Positions 27,801-39,800 of a stretch of DNA of 64,000 nt are shown here, one piece after another (within the stretch, counting starts at the first letter, position 1; the number at the start of each line of letters is the position of its first letter). Location of the stretch: contig NW_002060944.1 of NCBI RefSeq assembly GCF_000150275.1, forward strand, positions 1,226,911 through 1,290,910, read 5' to 3'. A program made the position numbers and the translations under genes. The notes under the pieces are model-generated. The model saw only the letters and a program-made list of their open reading frames with translations. It had not been told where the DNA came from and did not search any database. This DNA comes from Trichoplax adhaerens. Lineage: Eukaryota > Animalia > Placozoa.

Positions 27801-27928
27801 TTCACGTAGGAATTATAACTGGATAACACTGCATTGCTAATGAATTTTAAAATACACTTCTTTTATAGCTCCTTTATGTTTTACTGGATACGTTAATAAC
27901 TGAAATTTTTCCGGAAATTGAGAATTAA
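21262..27928 (+). CDS. SNX14: Sorting nexin 14 (TM-PXA-RGS-PX-PXC), many short exons
   Basis: Two N-terminal hydrophobic segments (MVLLNGNQIHDGLLFVAIMLLFLTFTLS|IRIHLLIGLWVAGLGFY), CKVCDTPGCRRHRP, PXA (PWINTSVTEKVDDALTEFFNLLLENYVYYWY..LHVAMRSKEKEVFYLR), RGS (MLFPFQKFMQRRGVIHLVSFCRTVEDF..IYAEYF), PX (WTVRRGLMEFYVLHNKLKEFH), C-terminus LQYPKLNRQLLYVLLDTLITEIFPEIEN*. Start codon less certain than the internal exons. Confidence 0.92.
21817..21843. repeat. (AT)n microsatellite in an SNX14 intron
   Basis: About 13 AT dinucleotides in a row. Confidence 0.9.
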
Positions 27929-29997
27929 AGAGATATTATTTGTGTAGTGCAGTATTGTATAAAAGAAAATATCGATATCAAATATATCAGATGTTAAGAA
28001 TTTTTAAAATTCCGCATAGGCTATACTTCTTTAAATTTTATGACGTAGAATGAGTTTTATGTCCTGCTTTTATAGTATATTAATGTTTGTATAAATTTCT
28101 TGTAATATAATCTTACTTCTCCTTTGGCTAAGCAAACATTTTCTATTGCGATAAATCTCCAAGCAGCAATGAGATAAGTTGTGCGACCTTGGTATTTTGA
28201 ATTTTAATTACGAATGATGTTCAAGTGTAGAATTTAAGTGCGTGTTCGTCTTCATTTCTGTTTGACTAGCAAAAAGTGCTATAGATTAAATATATAAAAG
28301 CTTATGATTATGTCTCACTAAAGATGAAACATCGAATGCAACTGATACAGTTTTCTCATTATTGCTAATACGAAGTTAATAATTGTTAACTGTTCGATTG
28401 TACTGTCATGACTCGTACCGCCTAGCAGAGTCATGACCCTGTAAGTTATGATAAGATTGTTTCCACGATATTACCGTCATGTCTGAAAACTTGAAAAATA
28501 AGTGTTGTAATGTCTCACCATCTTAGAAACATAATTTGATTAAAAGTAATTATGATACAAAGACTCGTTCTTACTTAGTTTATAAAATAATCAATTTTCT
28601 TCAGATAATTGAACTCAGAAATGATCCAATTCACTGCATATGTACGGCAATGGCGATTTGCTACCTGAATTAATAAGATTAACAATAAATTTTACTGTTT
28701 TAGAATACATCTAAGCCTCTGCTATACTAGAGATGTAAAATTATCGTTTGACTTGAGTTCATTTTCATGTTTGGTATTCATACTCAAAGATGTCTGCTTC
28801 GTATATTTAGATTAGTTATAGACATCACACAAGACATGATTTACGGCTCATATCCGGCTTGATAATGATGCAAATATTTGATGAACAGTGTTATGCTATT
28901 TTTACGATAAATATTACGTTAAAATGAGCGTATTAATCTTTCTTAATTCTATTTTCAACTTTCTACAAGTTCATTCAGCATATTATTGCACTTTACCAAT
29001 AAAGAAATAGATACAAATAAATTTATGAAATAATGCTTTATTAATAACTCAAATAAAGAGTTTCGAGTGCTTTCATGAGATTATTACTAATATGAGGTTA
29101 TGATTCAAATAAAAAATACTGTATATAAATCAAGTTTATAAAGAAAAGAACAAATATACATACACGTATACGATAAGCATTTAATCAACAAGATAACAAA
29201 TAATTTAAGATTGATCTTTTACTCAAGATTTGGGATCTGTAAGCGGAAATCTGGCTGATGTCATTGGCAATCAACGTCTTTAGAATTAGATAAAGCTGTA
29301 TAACACACTTTACAGAAATTTCGAATTAATTTACTTCCGGATAAATTCTCTGGCTAGAAATAGCGGTAATATTTTGTATTATAAATTATTCAAGAGAACA
29401 GAATAGCCGTTAAGGTAATCGATGTTTGTTACTATTTATTTTAACTACAGTATAATGACAATAAATTACATTAATTAACGATTTGATCGAATTATTAACT
29501 ATTTATCTTCAATCTTCGTCTCTTTCTCGTTATACTAGCATAAATTGGATAATGTTTGTCATCACTATCATCTCTGTTTACGAGTACGATGGAAATTATA
29601 ATTATTTTGCAAGTCCTTAGTAAATTATTTATTACTTTACGAAGCAGCAGATTATTTACCATGTTCTATTGATACTAATAATAAACAGAGTTATAGTAAA
29701 GACATACGGTCATTGTTCGCTAATTGGTAATATAGTTTATAAATATAACTATCCTAGCTTGATTTATCTAGACCAGATCATATAAATAGCAGTATAAGCT
29801 TTAGACTTATTAGTTGTTACATTCTACTTTTTGATATTAGCTATTTTTACAAAACTAGTAATCAGCACGTTGGAACTCATACTGTAATCAAAACGTTTCC
29901 TAATCACTTACGGCTACGAAAAGTTGATGGAGTAGAGATTTATTTGCAAGGAAGTAAGCGGTAGAGAAAGTAGTTCTAATTTCTTAGTCGATTTTGC

Positions 29998-30240
29998 AAG
30001 TAATTTATACTCTCAAACTTAAAATGCTTCCTAGCTATTTTTGATTATCCGATCTATTGTCGATATAAGCTTTTGTTCACAAGAGAAAAGGAAGTAGAAA
30101 ATTATATAATTTTAATCTCTTGTTTAATATTTGTAGGTAATTTATATAGCAAAACTTAAAATCCTGCATGTTCTTCTCTTATTCATCATAACCTATTGTC
30201 GATTGAAGATCAAACTGCCAAGGAAAGGAAAGAAGTAAAA
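29998..30240. repeat. Degenerate ~138-bp tandem duplication upstream of the GPCR
   Basis: gtaatttata..caaacttaaaat..ctattgtcgat..gaagta.aa occurs at ~30000 and again at ~30137. Confidence 0.6.
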
Positions 30241-30313
30241 GAAATCACTATTCACACCCTGACTAATACAAATACATACGGTAGCATAGGATCATCAAGC
30301 TACTTAATTTATC

Positions 30314-31453
30314 ATGGCGATTAAGAATTCAACTGATGATGTCGCCATTTTTATAGGGATTTTTTTTCCATTCTCTTGCGTAGCAATTATTGGTAACTTA
30401 TTTATCTTAATTACCATACGTACGACTAAAACTTTACATAAACCAACATATTATCTGATAGCCAATATGACTCTTGCGGATGCCATTTGTGCAGCATCAA
30501 TTTTAATATATACTATAGCTTTAGGCGTCTTTGAATCCATGGACTGGCCAATATCATCATTGCGTATCGTTTGCAAGTTCTTTGGGCCATGCCAGTTAAT
30601 TACTTATATTACTGCAACACAAACTCTAACTGCAATGAGCATCGAAAGATATAACGCAGTAATCCATCCTCATCCAAAGGTCACCAAAAAGAAAAATATA
30701 CATTTGATAATAATTATAACTTGGATAATTGGAATAATAATGTCGATCCCTTTTATCCAGATTATTACCGCTGTGCCTCAGATGCATCTTCCATGCGAAG
30801 TTATCCAATATAAGAATTCCACTTATAATCAAGTTTATGCTGGCATCATAATTACCACTCAATATATAGTACCGTTAATTATTATGTTTTATACTTATGG
30901 ATACCTCATAACTCGTTTACGCTATCGCCGTCGCCATTCACAGATTTTTCGTAGTAAAAAAATCATGCCAAATAATCAAAATGAACTTAAACGAACGATA
31001 GCCTATGCACTACCCTATATAACTATTCCAACTCACCTACAGCAAATACGCCGAGCGAGACACCCTGGTAAATATATCAGTGATGTTATTAAGATGGCGG
31101 TTCTTGTTACCATTGCTTTTATGATACTGGCTTTGCCTTGGACTATAGTATTAGCTTGGATGACTATTCAGCGTCAAAATTTAAGTAAAATTTATAAACA
31201 TAGTAAAGGAGTGCTCATCTATCTTGTTCATCTATCGCAAACTTCATTTCTCCTAACAAGCTTATATAATCCTATACTTTTTTGTGTTTTTAATCAATAT
31301 TTTCGACAGCGACTGCAACAAATCTTTTATCTACTATTTAGAAGAGTTACTGATCATTTCCGTAATTTATTCCATCGCTTCCAAGAGCATACACCGCTTA
31401 AAGATGACGATGAAAGTTCTAGTATTTCATCGCGCTGTACATCCAATTGCTAG
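30314..31453 (+). CDS. Intronless rhodopsin-like (class A) GPCR, peptide-receptor-like, 379 aa
   Basis: Seven hydrophobic helices with GN (TM1), NMTLAD (TM2), C at the top of TM3, SIERY, TM4 W..P, YIVPL (TM5), F..xxLP (TM6) and YNPILF (TM7). Confidence 0.93.
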   Translation: MAIKNSTDDVAIFIGIFFPFSCVAIIGNLFILITIRTTKTLHKPTYYLIANMTLADAICAASILIYTIALGVFESMDWPISSLRIVCKFFGPCQLITYITATQTLTAMSIERYNAVIHPHPKVTKKKNIHLIIIITWIIGIIMSIPFIQIITAVPQMHLPCEVIQYKNSTYNQVYAGIIITTQYIVPLIIMFYTYGYLITRLRYRRRHSQIFRSKKIMPNNQNELKRTIAYALPYITIPTHLQQIRRARHPGKYISDVIKMAVLVTIAFMILALPWTIVLAWMTIQRQNLSKIYKHSKGVLIYLVHLSQTSFLLTSLYNPILFCVFNQYFRQRLQQIFYLLFRRVTDHFRNLFHRFQEHTPLKDDDESSSISSRCTSNC

Positions 31454-31789
31454 CATGATAAAGACACTAGTTGTATCCCTTCATAAGTAACTATCTTGTC
31501 ATACAAAGTGTCTTGTTCTATCGCCTAATAGGATCAAATACATACGATAACCAATAACAGAAAGAGATATCATTGTGATCAATAGTATCATTGTACTATC
31601 TAAATCAGCTATTAAAGATTTATTTAATTTTAACTACCTTATAATTTAATTATTTCCAATATTAGCGTTGATAAAATATTATGCAGAAACATAGCGGGTT
31701 CTTTTAATTTTAAAAAATAAATGAAGATTTAGCCAACTTTAATAAGAATTAAAAAATAATGATCGCTTTTCTATAAATACAAGTTGGAA

Positions 31790-32400
31790 GTAACTATCTC
31801 AGCTAGCAGTTGTTAGTATACATACGCAAATTATTGACCATAGCGCGTTATTGACGTATCATTGAATGTCTACTAGGATAGAGTATCCATCCATAAATCT
31901 CTTGTAGTAAATTACGAAGCTAATCATTACTCGTATGTTAAAGTTAAATGAATTATCTCAATCAGCAGTTGTTACTGACGTGCTCAATATATTGATCGTA
32001 GCATGTTATTGATGTATAGTTAAATATTTAAGATAGATTATCCATTCATGAATCTTTTGCAGTAACTTACAAAGCTAATTATTCCTCGCATGTTACAGAT
32101 AAAAGTAGTTACTTCGACTAACAATTGTTAGTCTATTGCTCAACATATTGATCATAGCGTGTTATTGACGTATAATTAAACGTCTAGGATAGAGTATCTA
32201 TTCATAAATCTTATATAGTAAATTATGAAGCTAATTATTTCTCGGATATTAGAGTTAGAAATAATTATCTTAACTAGTAGTTGTTGGTATATGTGCTCAA
32301 TATATTAATGATAGCGCGTTATTGATGTACTGTATATTAAATATCTAGGATAAAGCATCCATTCATAAATCTTATATAGCAAATTACGAAGCTAATAATT
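31790..32400. repeat. Degenerate tandem repeat, ~157-bp unit, 4 copies
   Basis: tagcgcgttattgacgta...tctaggatagagtatccattcataaatctt...aaattacgaagctaat at ~31841, 31999, 32155 and 32312. Confidence 0.85.
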
Positions 32401-32524
32401 TTTCTGATATTAACTTACTATAAATTACAAATGATTATTATCAGTAACAGATCAGATTCTTTATTCTACTACAGTATTTTTTATATACACATCTTATCGA
32501 GCAACAGATACTAATAAACCAGGA

Positions 32525-33560
32525 TCTAGAATACATGAACATAACACAACAGAATATTATTATTATCTGCATCGATATTTTATTGCCTACTGATAAGCCT
32601 TATTTCAGCAATCTTTCATTTTCGATTACTTTTATTAATTATACCGTTGATCGACAGACTAGATATTTATTAGTTATAAATAATATTTAAAGTATGAAGA
32701 TTGGTGTGTATATATATACATGATTGCTATTACGAATCAAATATTGTGTGATATATTTCATTGGGATTAATTATCTTAATATTAAATATAGCCATCGGCT
32801 ACTCTTTGTAACACCTTGAGCCTACAAATACCATAGGACAGTTGTAACAAAACCTGTTCTACTAACTGTAATAAGAGTATAAATCAAACAAGTAATTTTA
32901 TAACAACAGATTTTATTACTGATTCTCTATCGATTGTGATATTGCGTAATGGTACAAGAACTCTGGCAGACAAGGAAAACTTCCTATAGCAGCAGATCTT
33001 AGAAAAGAAGGATTTAGAACAACAATGACAGGAAAGCGTAGCTACTTACATACATTATCTAACTTGCTTACAAAAATAACAATAGCGAAAAACATAATTC
33101 CATCCTTACAGAACTTAGTAAGAAAATAAGATTCTATAATTAGTATCACATTCTACGAAGCTGAAATCAACATACTTGAATTATCACAAACATTACTTAT
33201 ATATACCTATTATTGTCAACTGCCCTAGGTTTTGGTATTATTTTTAAGTGATATCTAATTCACTTCTACATAATATGTTGACAACAATAGCTTATCTAAC
33301 AGCTTCACTACAGCAGAATACTATTATTTATCTAATTCAGCATTTGATATCTTTAAAATCCTGATTTCAGCAATCTTTCAATCTGATCAATTTTATTAGT
33401 TACTCAGAATTTTGATCAAAAGACTGGATATTTGTTATAAATAATGCTTGAAGTATGAAAATTACTGTTTATCAGGTTACTATTTTGAATCAAATATTAT
33501 TTTGATGTTTTGTTGGAAATCATTACCTTAACATTAAATACAATTATCGGTTACTCTTTT
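32525..33560. repeat. ~270-bp diverged direct duplication (~32530-32805 and ~33310-33560)
   Basis: Shared blocks cagaata.tattatt, atttcagcaatctttca, agact.gatattt, aagtatgaa, gaatcaaatatt, attaaata...atcgg.tactcttt in the same order in both copies. Confidence 0.75.
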
Positions 33561-33779
33561 TGAATCTACTACAATAGTTGTCTATGCAAAGTTTTATAGC
33601 AGTACATAAAAGTATACTTGTTGTCACGCTAATTCATAATAGTGATAGATTTGTCATCTTTTCTATACAAAAATGGAGAAAGAGTTATCTTTGGGTATTC
33701 TTTAAGATGAAAATTAGCAATGACATACTCGCAAGGACTAGGGTGCAAAAATATAATTTCAATTCATTCTTCCCTGGTT

Positions 33780-34810
33780 AATATAGAACTTGAAAAGAGA
33801 ATCATCGGCCAGCCTTTATTATGTTGACTAGAGTAAAATTGAAGCACAATTACTGATTAGTCTATAAAATGTTGACTAAAGTAGCTCTACTTGTTAAGGT
33901 CTATATGCAGAAAAATATTGCGATAGATTTCTCACTCTTTTTTATAAAAGTAAAATTATACATTCACCGACTACGATATTCTTTAACGTATTTATAAACA
34001 GGAATAGCCCTAGAGAGGTTCTTTGCATATAAGATGTAATAGCAGTAGATTTCCCGCACGCTTATTAGCAAACTGAAAACACAATCGCCGGTTGCTCTTT
34101 GATAAATTGACTAGAATACCCGTACTTGAAAGTCTTTTATATAAAAAATACAGTAGCGACATATTTTTCAACCGTTTGTGCAGAAGCTGAAAAAAGAAGC
34201 GTTGCCCAGGTTTCAAAAATTGAGTAGAATAAACTCCTCTTATAAGACATTTTATCTGACATACAAAGGCGAGAACTTTTCTACCTGTTCATCAGAAATT
34301 GAAAGACGCAATCATCGGTTGCTCTTTAATGTATAAACTATAATAGTTTCCCTGGTAATTTTCATTTATAAAGTACTGTTGGAATAATCAGAAGTCGAAT
34401 AGATTTTTTAGCCAGTAATATACTATAGATATTGAAGATATACAATAGCGACTAGTTAACGGTCATTTCAATCATATACCTATGAATACTTGTAAATAAA
34501 TTTTCTACCCATTTATGCGGAAATCGCAAATGTATTCATCAGTTGCTTTCCAAGCCTATAGGATGCTTGTGAAATCTTTACACAAAAACATCCGCCATGT
34601 AGAAATTAGTTTCAGTTAGTTTTCAGCCATGTATAGATTACAATTCCAAAATCGGCAATTGTTGTAAATTCCCTACACGCTAATGTAGAAATTTGCACCG
34701 ATAATGATTAGCTATTCTTCGGTCTTATGCAAATTCAATCCTGAAAATCGGATATCACAATTTACTTTTCTAGTCTTTCATGTAAAAGTTGAAAATTTTG
34801 TCATCAGCAT
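33780..34810. repeat. Highly decayed tandem repeat, ~220-270 bp spacing
   Basis: Motif gaaa..caatcatcggttgctcttt at ~33791, 34075, 34301 and 34520, weaker near 34690 and 34790. Confidence 0.5.
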
Positions 34811-37079
34811 ATAGTAAATAGATTGACTAAATAATGATCCTTATGGGAAAGGTTTTTTGTACGGAAATAGTACTTCGATGATTGACAATTGCGACATTAT
34901 CTCTACTTTGATACAAAAATAGAACATCAGTTTAACATCAAGGATTCATACAAGTATATTACTTTGTAGACTGATACGACCGAAATAAATTCGATATCAA
35001 TTTGTGTAGCGGTATACATTTCTAACATACATTATAATTTATTCTCTAATTTCTCGGTTTTGATTTCCATAGCAACTGTTAACAAAGAAACGCTATTTTC
35101 TAGCACCAAATGGAGCTCTGATTTAAAAAACCGCTTTTAGATAAAGAAGATATTCTGATTACATGAAGGAGGAAACCAAAGCTGCATACTCGTAATCTAC
35201 ATTAACTTGAAAAGACTACAGTGCAAGCAATATTGCAGTATTGTAAAACTGTGACAGCTTTGATTATATGTATATATTTGTTACGGAACTACGTTTCCAA
35301 TTTTCAGCTTGTGTTACAGTAGTTCTCTCATACTGATCATCGCATTATATTTATTGGTATTAAAGGTCTGTTGGACAATGACGGGCTACCGTTATATTTG
35401 TAATTTAAGATATGTATCTCGAATGAGTCATTAAGTTGGTATAATATGAATTCTGTCAATAATATTAAATGACAGTAAAGAAGATACGTGTTCAGGTAGG
35501 AATTCTTGCTTAGATCATACCATGAGCTATATTTTAACTTGTCATAATATCTTATAGTACTTAAGTTAATAATACGGTTTGACCAAGTAACAATCTGTTA
35601 TGTTTGTAATGCTTTAGCTGCGTTGCCCTCCTTTGATTGGATGTCTGCTGTTCACTTGCTTTATGCTATCTTATTTTAAGTCTAAGCAGAAAAGCTAGTT
35701 ATTGTTGCTTGCTATTACTTTTTCTTTTTTGTTATAGACTGCCAGTGAGAACTACTAAAATAATGTCGTAACCTAAAGCAAATTGTATTTTTAGCGACTG
35801 ATCTTTTGAGTATATCTACGAGGGCAGTTGTAGATAGTTTATGCCACTTAGACAGTGGTGATAATATTATATATCTCTAAGTTGATGAAAACATCCTAGC
35901 TTCTTTACACTATAATAATGATGTTGTTTGGTAATTGCTGAGTTGAATCTACTAATAGATGAGAAGCTGCAGATTGAAATTTAATTAATCAATAGCGAAA
36001 TCAATGAATTCATGTCATTTCTATTACTTACAAAGTAAAACCTAAGTCTATTATAATCGCTTATTTGTTTTCTATAGATTACCTGCTATGTCACCTTTAA
36101 TCGTCTGTAAATCCTAGTCTTGATATTAATACTTCAACTACTATCATTTAAATTTTAAAAATTGAATAATGGAAAGAGAAGATTATTATGCGAATAACTA
36201 TCTCATGGAACTTCATTTATGCTTAGGATACATACAGCACCTGTCCATGTAGCTAACAAGTATGGGTGGCTATCAAATAATTGTAATTCTATTTGACTGC
36301 TATGGGATCTTTTAATATATACAGTTAATGACAATTTTGCATCCGTAAAATCTCGTAAAGCTCAAATGAACGTAAAAACAATAATTTCAACTAAAATGAC
36401 ACAAATTTTTGTATGAATAAGAACATCTTATTCGGTATCTACATAGAACTCATGCTTCCAAAGTCTAAAGCCTTTCATTACAGCCAATTTATATGGTACT
36501 TTATCGAAGGTATTTGTTGAGAAAGAGTAAAGCATTTCCTGGATGATTCTCAAAGACATGAAATTTCTATTTTTTGTGTCAATGGAAGCAAACAGTAGCA
36601 TAGATAAACATATTCTCTGAGTCTATCCATATTCACCAAAGGCTACTATCCAATTAATCAACATTTAATTTTCGACTTGTTCTAATAACTGTCAATTAAA
36701 AAATTAAATGTTGCATATCGTGGTGCAAATGTATTCAAGATCGTTATCTAATTGCAATTTTTGGCCCTACTCTTAGCTTTTAACGCCAAATGAGAGTTTG
36801 TCTTATACCTTCAAAAGTATCTGTTGTCGAATTTGTTTTTTATGTAAAATATAAATCAATCAATGATTATTTTATTGCGTACAAATACGGTATTGAATTG
36901 CCGCTATAAGAATGCTGCAATACAGATATATTGGGTAGAATCAATACGAAACCACAATTGCAATCATGAATAAAGTAATTCAATCAACAAATAAAGAAAG
37001 AAAGAATATTTAGTAAAATTATTTTTGCCGATTTACAATGAGGATCGTTAGATATTCATGCAGGAAGTCCTCATTTCTA

Positions 37080-37560
37080 GCTAATATTTCAATTTAATGT
37101 ATTTTAAATTTTGATACTATTAATAATTGAATATTTTGATTACGCAGCTTTAATTTGGAATGATATTTCTGACAGAATATTTAAATTGGATGCAGCTTAA
37201 CAATATACTAATGTATGCCATTCCTGATAAATTTAACGCTGTTTAATTTCTTGTGCTATTATAATTGAATATTTCGATTAGGCAGCTTTACTTTTAAATG
37301 ATATTTCTGACAAAATACTTAGATATAAGAGTGTATACTATTTCTAGTAATATGTACAAATATGACTCAGTTTAATATTCTATGCTACCCGTGGTGGGAT
37401 AATCAGATTTGACGCAGTTTAAATTTCTTATTTCCGGTCGAATATTTTTATTAATGCAGTTGAACTCGTATGTTATTTCTCATTCAAAATGTAGATATAA
37501 CATAGCTCAAATTGATACTATTTCTGGCTTAACACATACATTTGACGCAGTTTAAATTTT
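37080..37560. repeat. Decayed AT-rich tandem repeat
   Basis: ataattgaatattt.gatta.gcagcttta..aatgatatttctgaca at ~37122 and ~37261; tttgacgcagtttaaattt at ~37407 and ~37541. Confidence 0.6.
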
Positions 37561-38111
37561 ATATCCTTATTGATTGAGCCGTTATGAATAAGTAAGGTAC
37601 CGATATTCAAAGACTTGAATCACCGGAAAGAAATTTTCCAACAGTTTCTTCAAGCAATCTATGATGTTGCCTATAAATTAAGATAGCATTGCGTTGACAG
37701 GAATTACTTTCTTTCCTGATGTACAGTAGTTTTATTTCCGCTGTAGCTGCATTAAATGAGAATAAACATGTGGTAGTACCGGGCAACGTACGTATATAAA
37801 TAGAAATCAACATTTACTTAACCATTAAACTTTTCGATTCCTCTTCCTGAACAATCGCTGATAAGTTAATTGTGACATAGATGGGATGCTTTAACTTAGT
37901 GCCTTAATCGATTCCAAGTAGACAGGGTTATCTAATTTAACGACCAACCTTGCAAACTGGATCTAAGCGTAATCACAATCCCCTCTATCTTAAGAAATTT
38001 ACTTTCCGTATGATATTATAAGCCAATTGAACTAAGAATCCAAGTAAGTGACGAAAAATGATGACCACTAATCATAATCTATCTGTGATACCGAACACTA
38101 ATCCAGTATGG

Positions 38112-38863
38112 ATGGAATCCAATGGATTACCACAAAGTAATTTTGCTACTTTGAATCAAAATACATCAGCGAGATTGCCATCCATAAAAAAGAAGGTATG
38201 TAGGGAAGCATTGGAATAAATGTTTAGATATCAGTTACTATTTCCTTAAAAGTCTTGGCATAAAATCTTATTTCGCAAACGACATTATATTATATTTTTA
38301 ATGATCATTGCATGATTTTCATAAAGTAATAGCCTCTAGTCAAATTAAAATAATATTTTAAATTTTTATTGAAACCTTTCATGGTTTTCATTTCTAAACC
38401 TTATGGCTATCTTCAATGGTACTAGTTGTCCTTATTATTAGTTGTTTCATTTCAATGAAAATAATTTAATTTATTAAATTTCATATTTTTTACGTCATAT
38501 CTTGAATCTATTGATCAGCTAACTTGAAATGAAATTGTTTTGATCTAGATCGATTATTCTAAATTTGCGATGATGCCTATCGAAAAACCAGTTAAGAAAA
38601 TCTTACAACCACTATCGCAGTTATCCCCTAAAGCAAGCATCAATTCAACCGATCATAAAATTAGCGATGATACCATTGACGATGAGTCTTGTTTCACTTC
38701 AATGTGGGAGCAAAATACCATTAAGATAAAAGAAGAGTTTCTGGCTGCCTATCTAATAGAACTAGAAGCTGAAATTGCTAAGTTATCAGCTGAAAATGAT
38801 GTTTTACTCAATCGATTACGCCATTGGCAGTTCTACCAAACTCGTATGCAGCAAATGAAGTAG
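38112..38863 (+). CDS. bZIP-derived leucine-zipper protein lacking a basic region, 2 exons (38112-38195, 38549-38863), 132 aa
   Basis: Exon 1 MESNGLPQSNFATLNQNTSARLPSIKKK ends at a phase-0 GTATGT donor; TAG acceptor at 38548 joins in frame. The C-terminus KIKEEFLAAYLIELEAEIAKLSAENDVLLNRLRHWQFY aligns without gaps to the zipper of the 53537 gene (KLKDNQVASRATWLEEENVKIKAENAALREELACWRYY). Confidence 0.75.
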
Positions 38864-39059
38864 TAATGCCAGATATCCAAGTCCTTTTAGGCTGGTGAAA
38901 ATAATCTTCAAATCGCTGATGATAGCCCTTCAGTATCTACTATTATCACTATATTACTGATATTGTTATAAAAGAGAAATTAAAGAATACATGGAACTTA
39001 TTTTCATGATCTTCTCGCAAAATTGTAGTTAACGTATATTAAATTCTTTTCAATTTTAA

Positions 39060-39800
39060 CTAATTTGTAACATGTTACAGATAACTTTCAGTAAAGTTTA
39101 AATGCCTATGTAGTGAGTACCTTAAATTGGGTATGACATTTGCTTGTAGATGTTATATTATCGCTATAAAGCATAAGAAAATGTAGTTTTCCTACTATCT
39201 GTGATGTGTGTAATGAAGAATTATGTTCTATTATTTCTGTCTACGACGGTAAACCACTTTCAGCAAAGGTTAATAATTATGTAGTACGTATCTTAAATTG
39301 CGTATAATATTTGCGATTAGATGTTATTTTATCGCTTTATAGCATTTGAATATGTAGTGTTCCTACTATTAGTGGTGTATGTAATAAAATAATTATGTTC
39401 AATTATTTCTCTCTACCATTGTTTAAGTTGAGTAGTGTTCATCTTAATTGAGAGAAAGGAGCAAGAAAGAAACGTAAAGAAAGGCACTACTAAAACTGTT
39501 ATCTCTGCCGAAAAGATGGATAGATCCAACTGAGAATCGCGCAGACATAAGAGTCACCACCCTCAGTTAGAAATAAGTGTAATAAAATAATTATACTATG
39601 TTATTTCTCTCTATGTCGGTAAACATTGCGATAGTCCACGTCTTAAAATAAAAGTCAAGAGCAAGAAAAAACGTAAATAAAGGCACCAATGAAATTATTA
39701 TCCCTGCTAAGAAGATGGATAGATCTATCAGAAAACTGAATACAGATATAGCAGCCGCCATCCTCAATTAGCAATGGGAAGTGAGAAAGTAATAGAGGGT
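39060..39800. repeat. Overlapping ~175-200 bp diverged tandem duplications
   Basis: cttaaattg.gtat.a.atttgc..tagatgttat.ttatcgct..agcat..gaa.atgtagt.ttcctactat at ~39121 and ~39292; gagcaagaaa.aaacgtaaa.aaaggcac..aagatggatagatc at ~39459 and ~39659. Confidence 0.75.
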
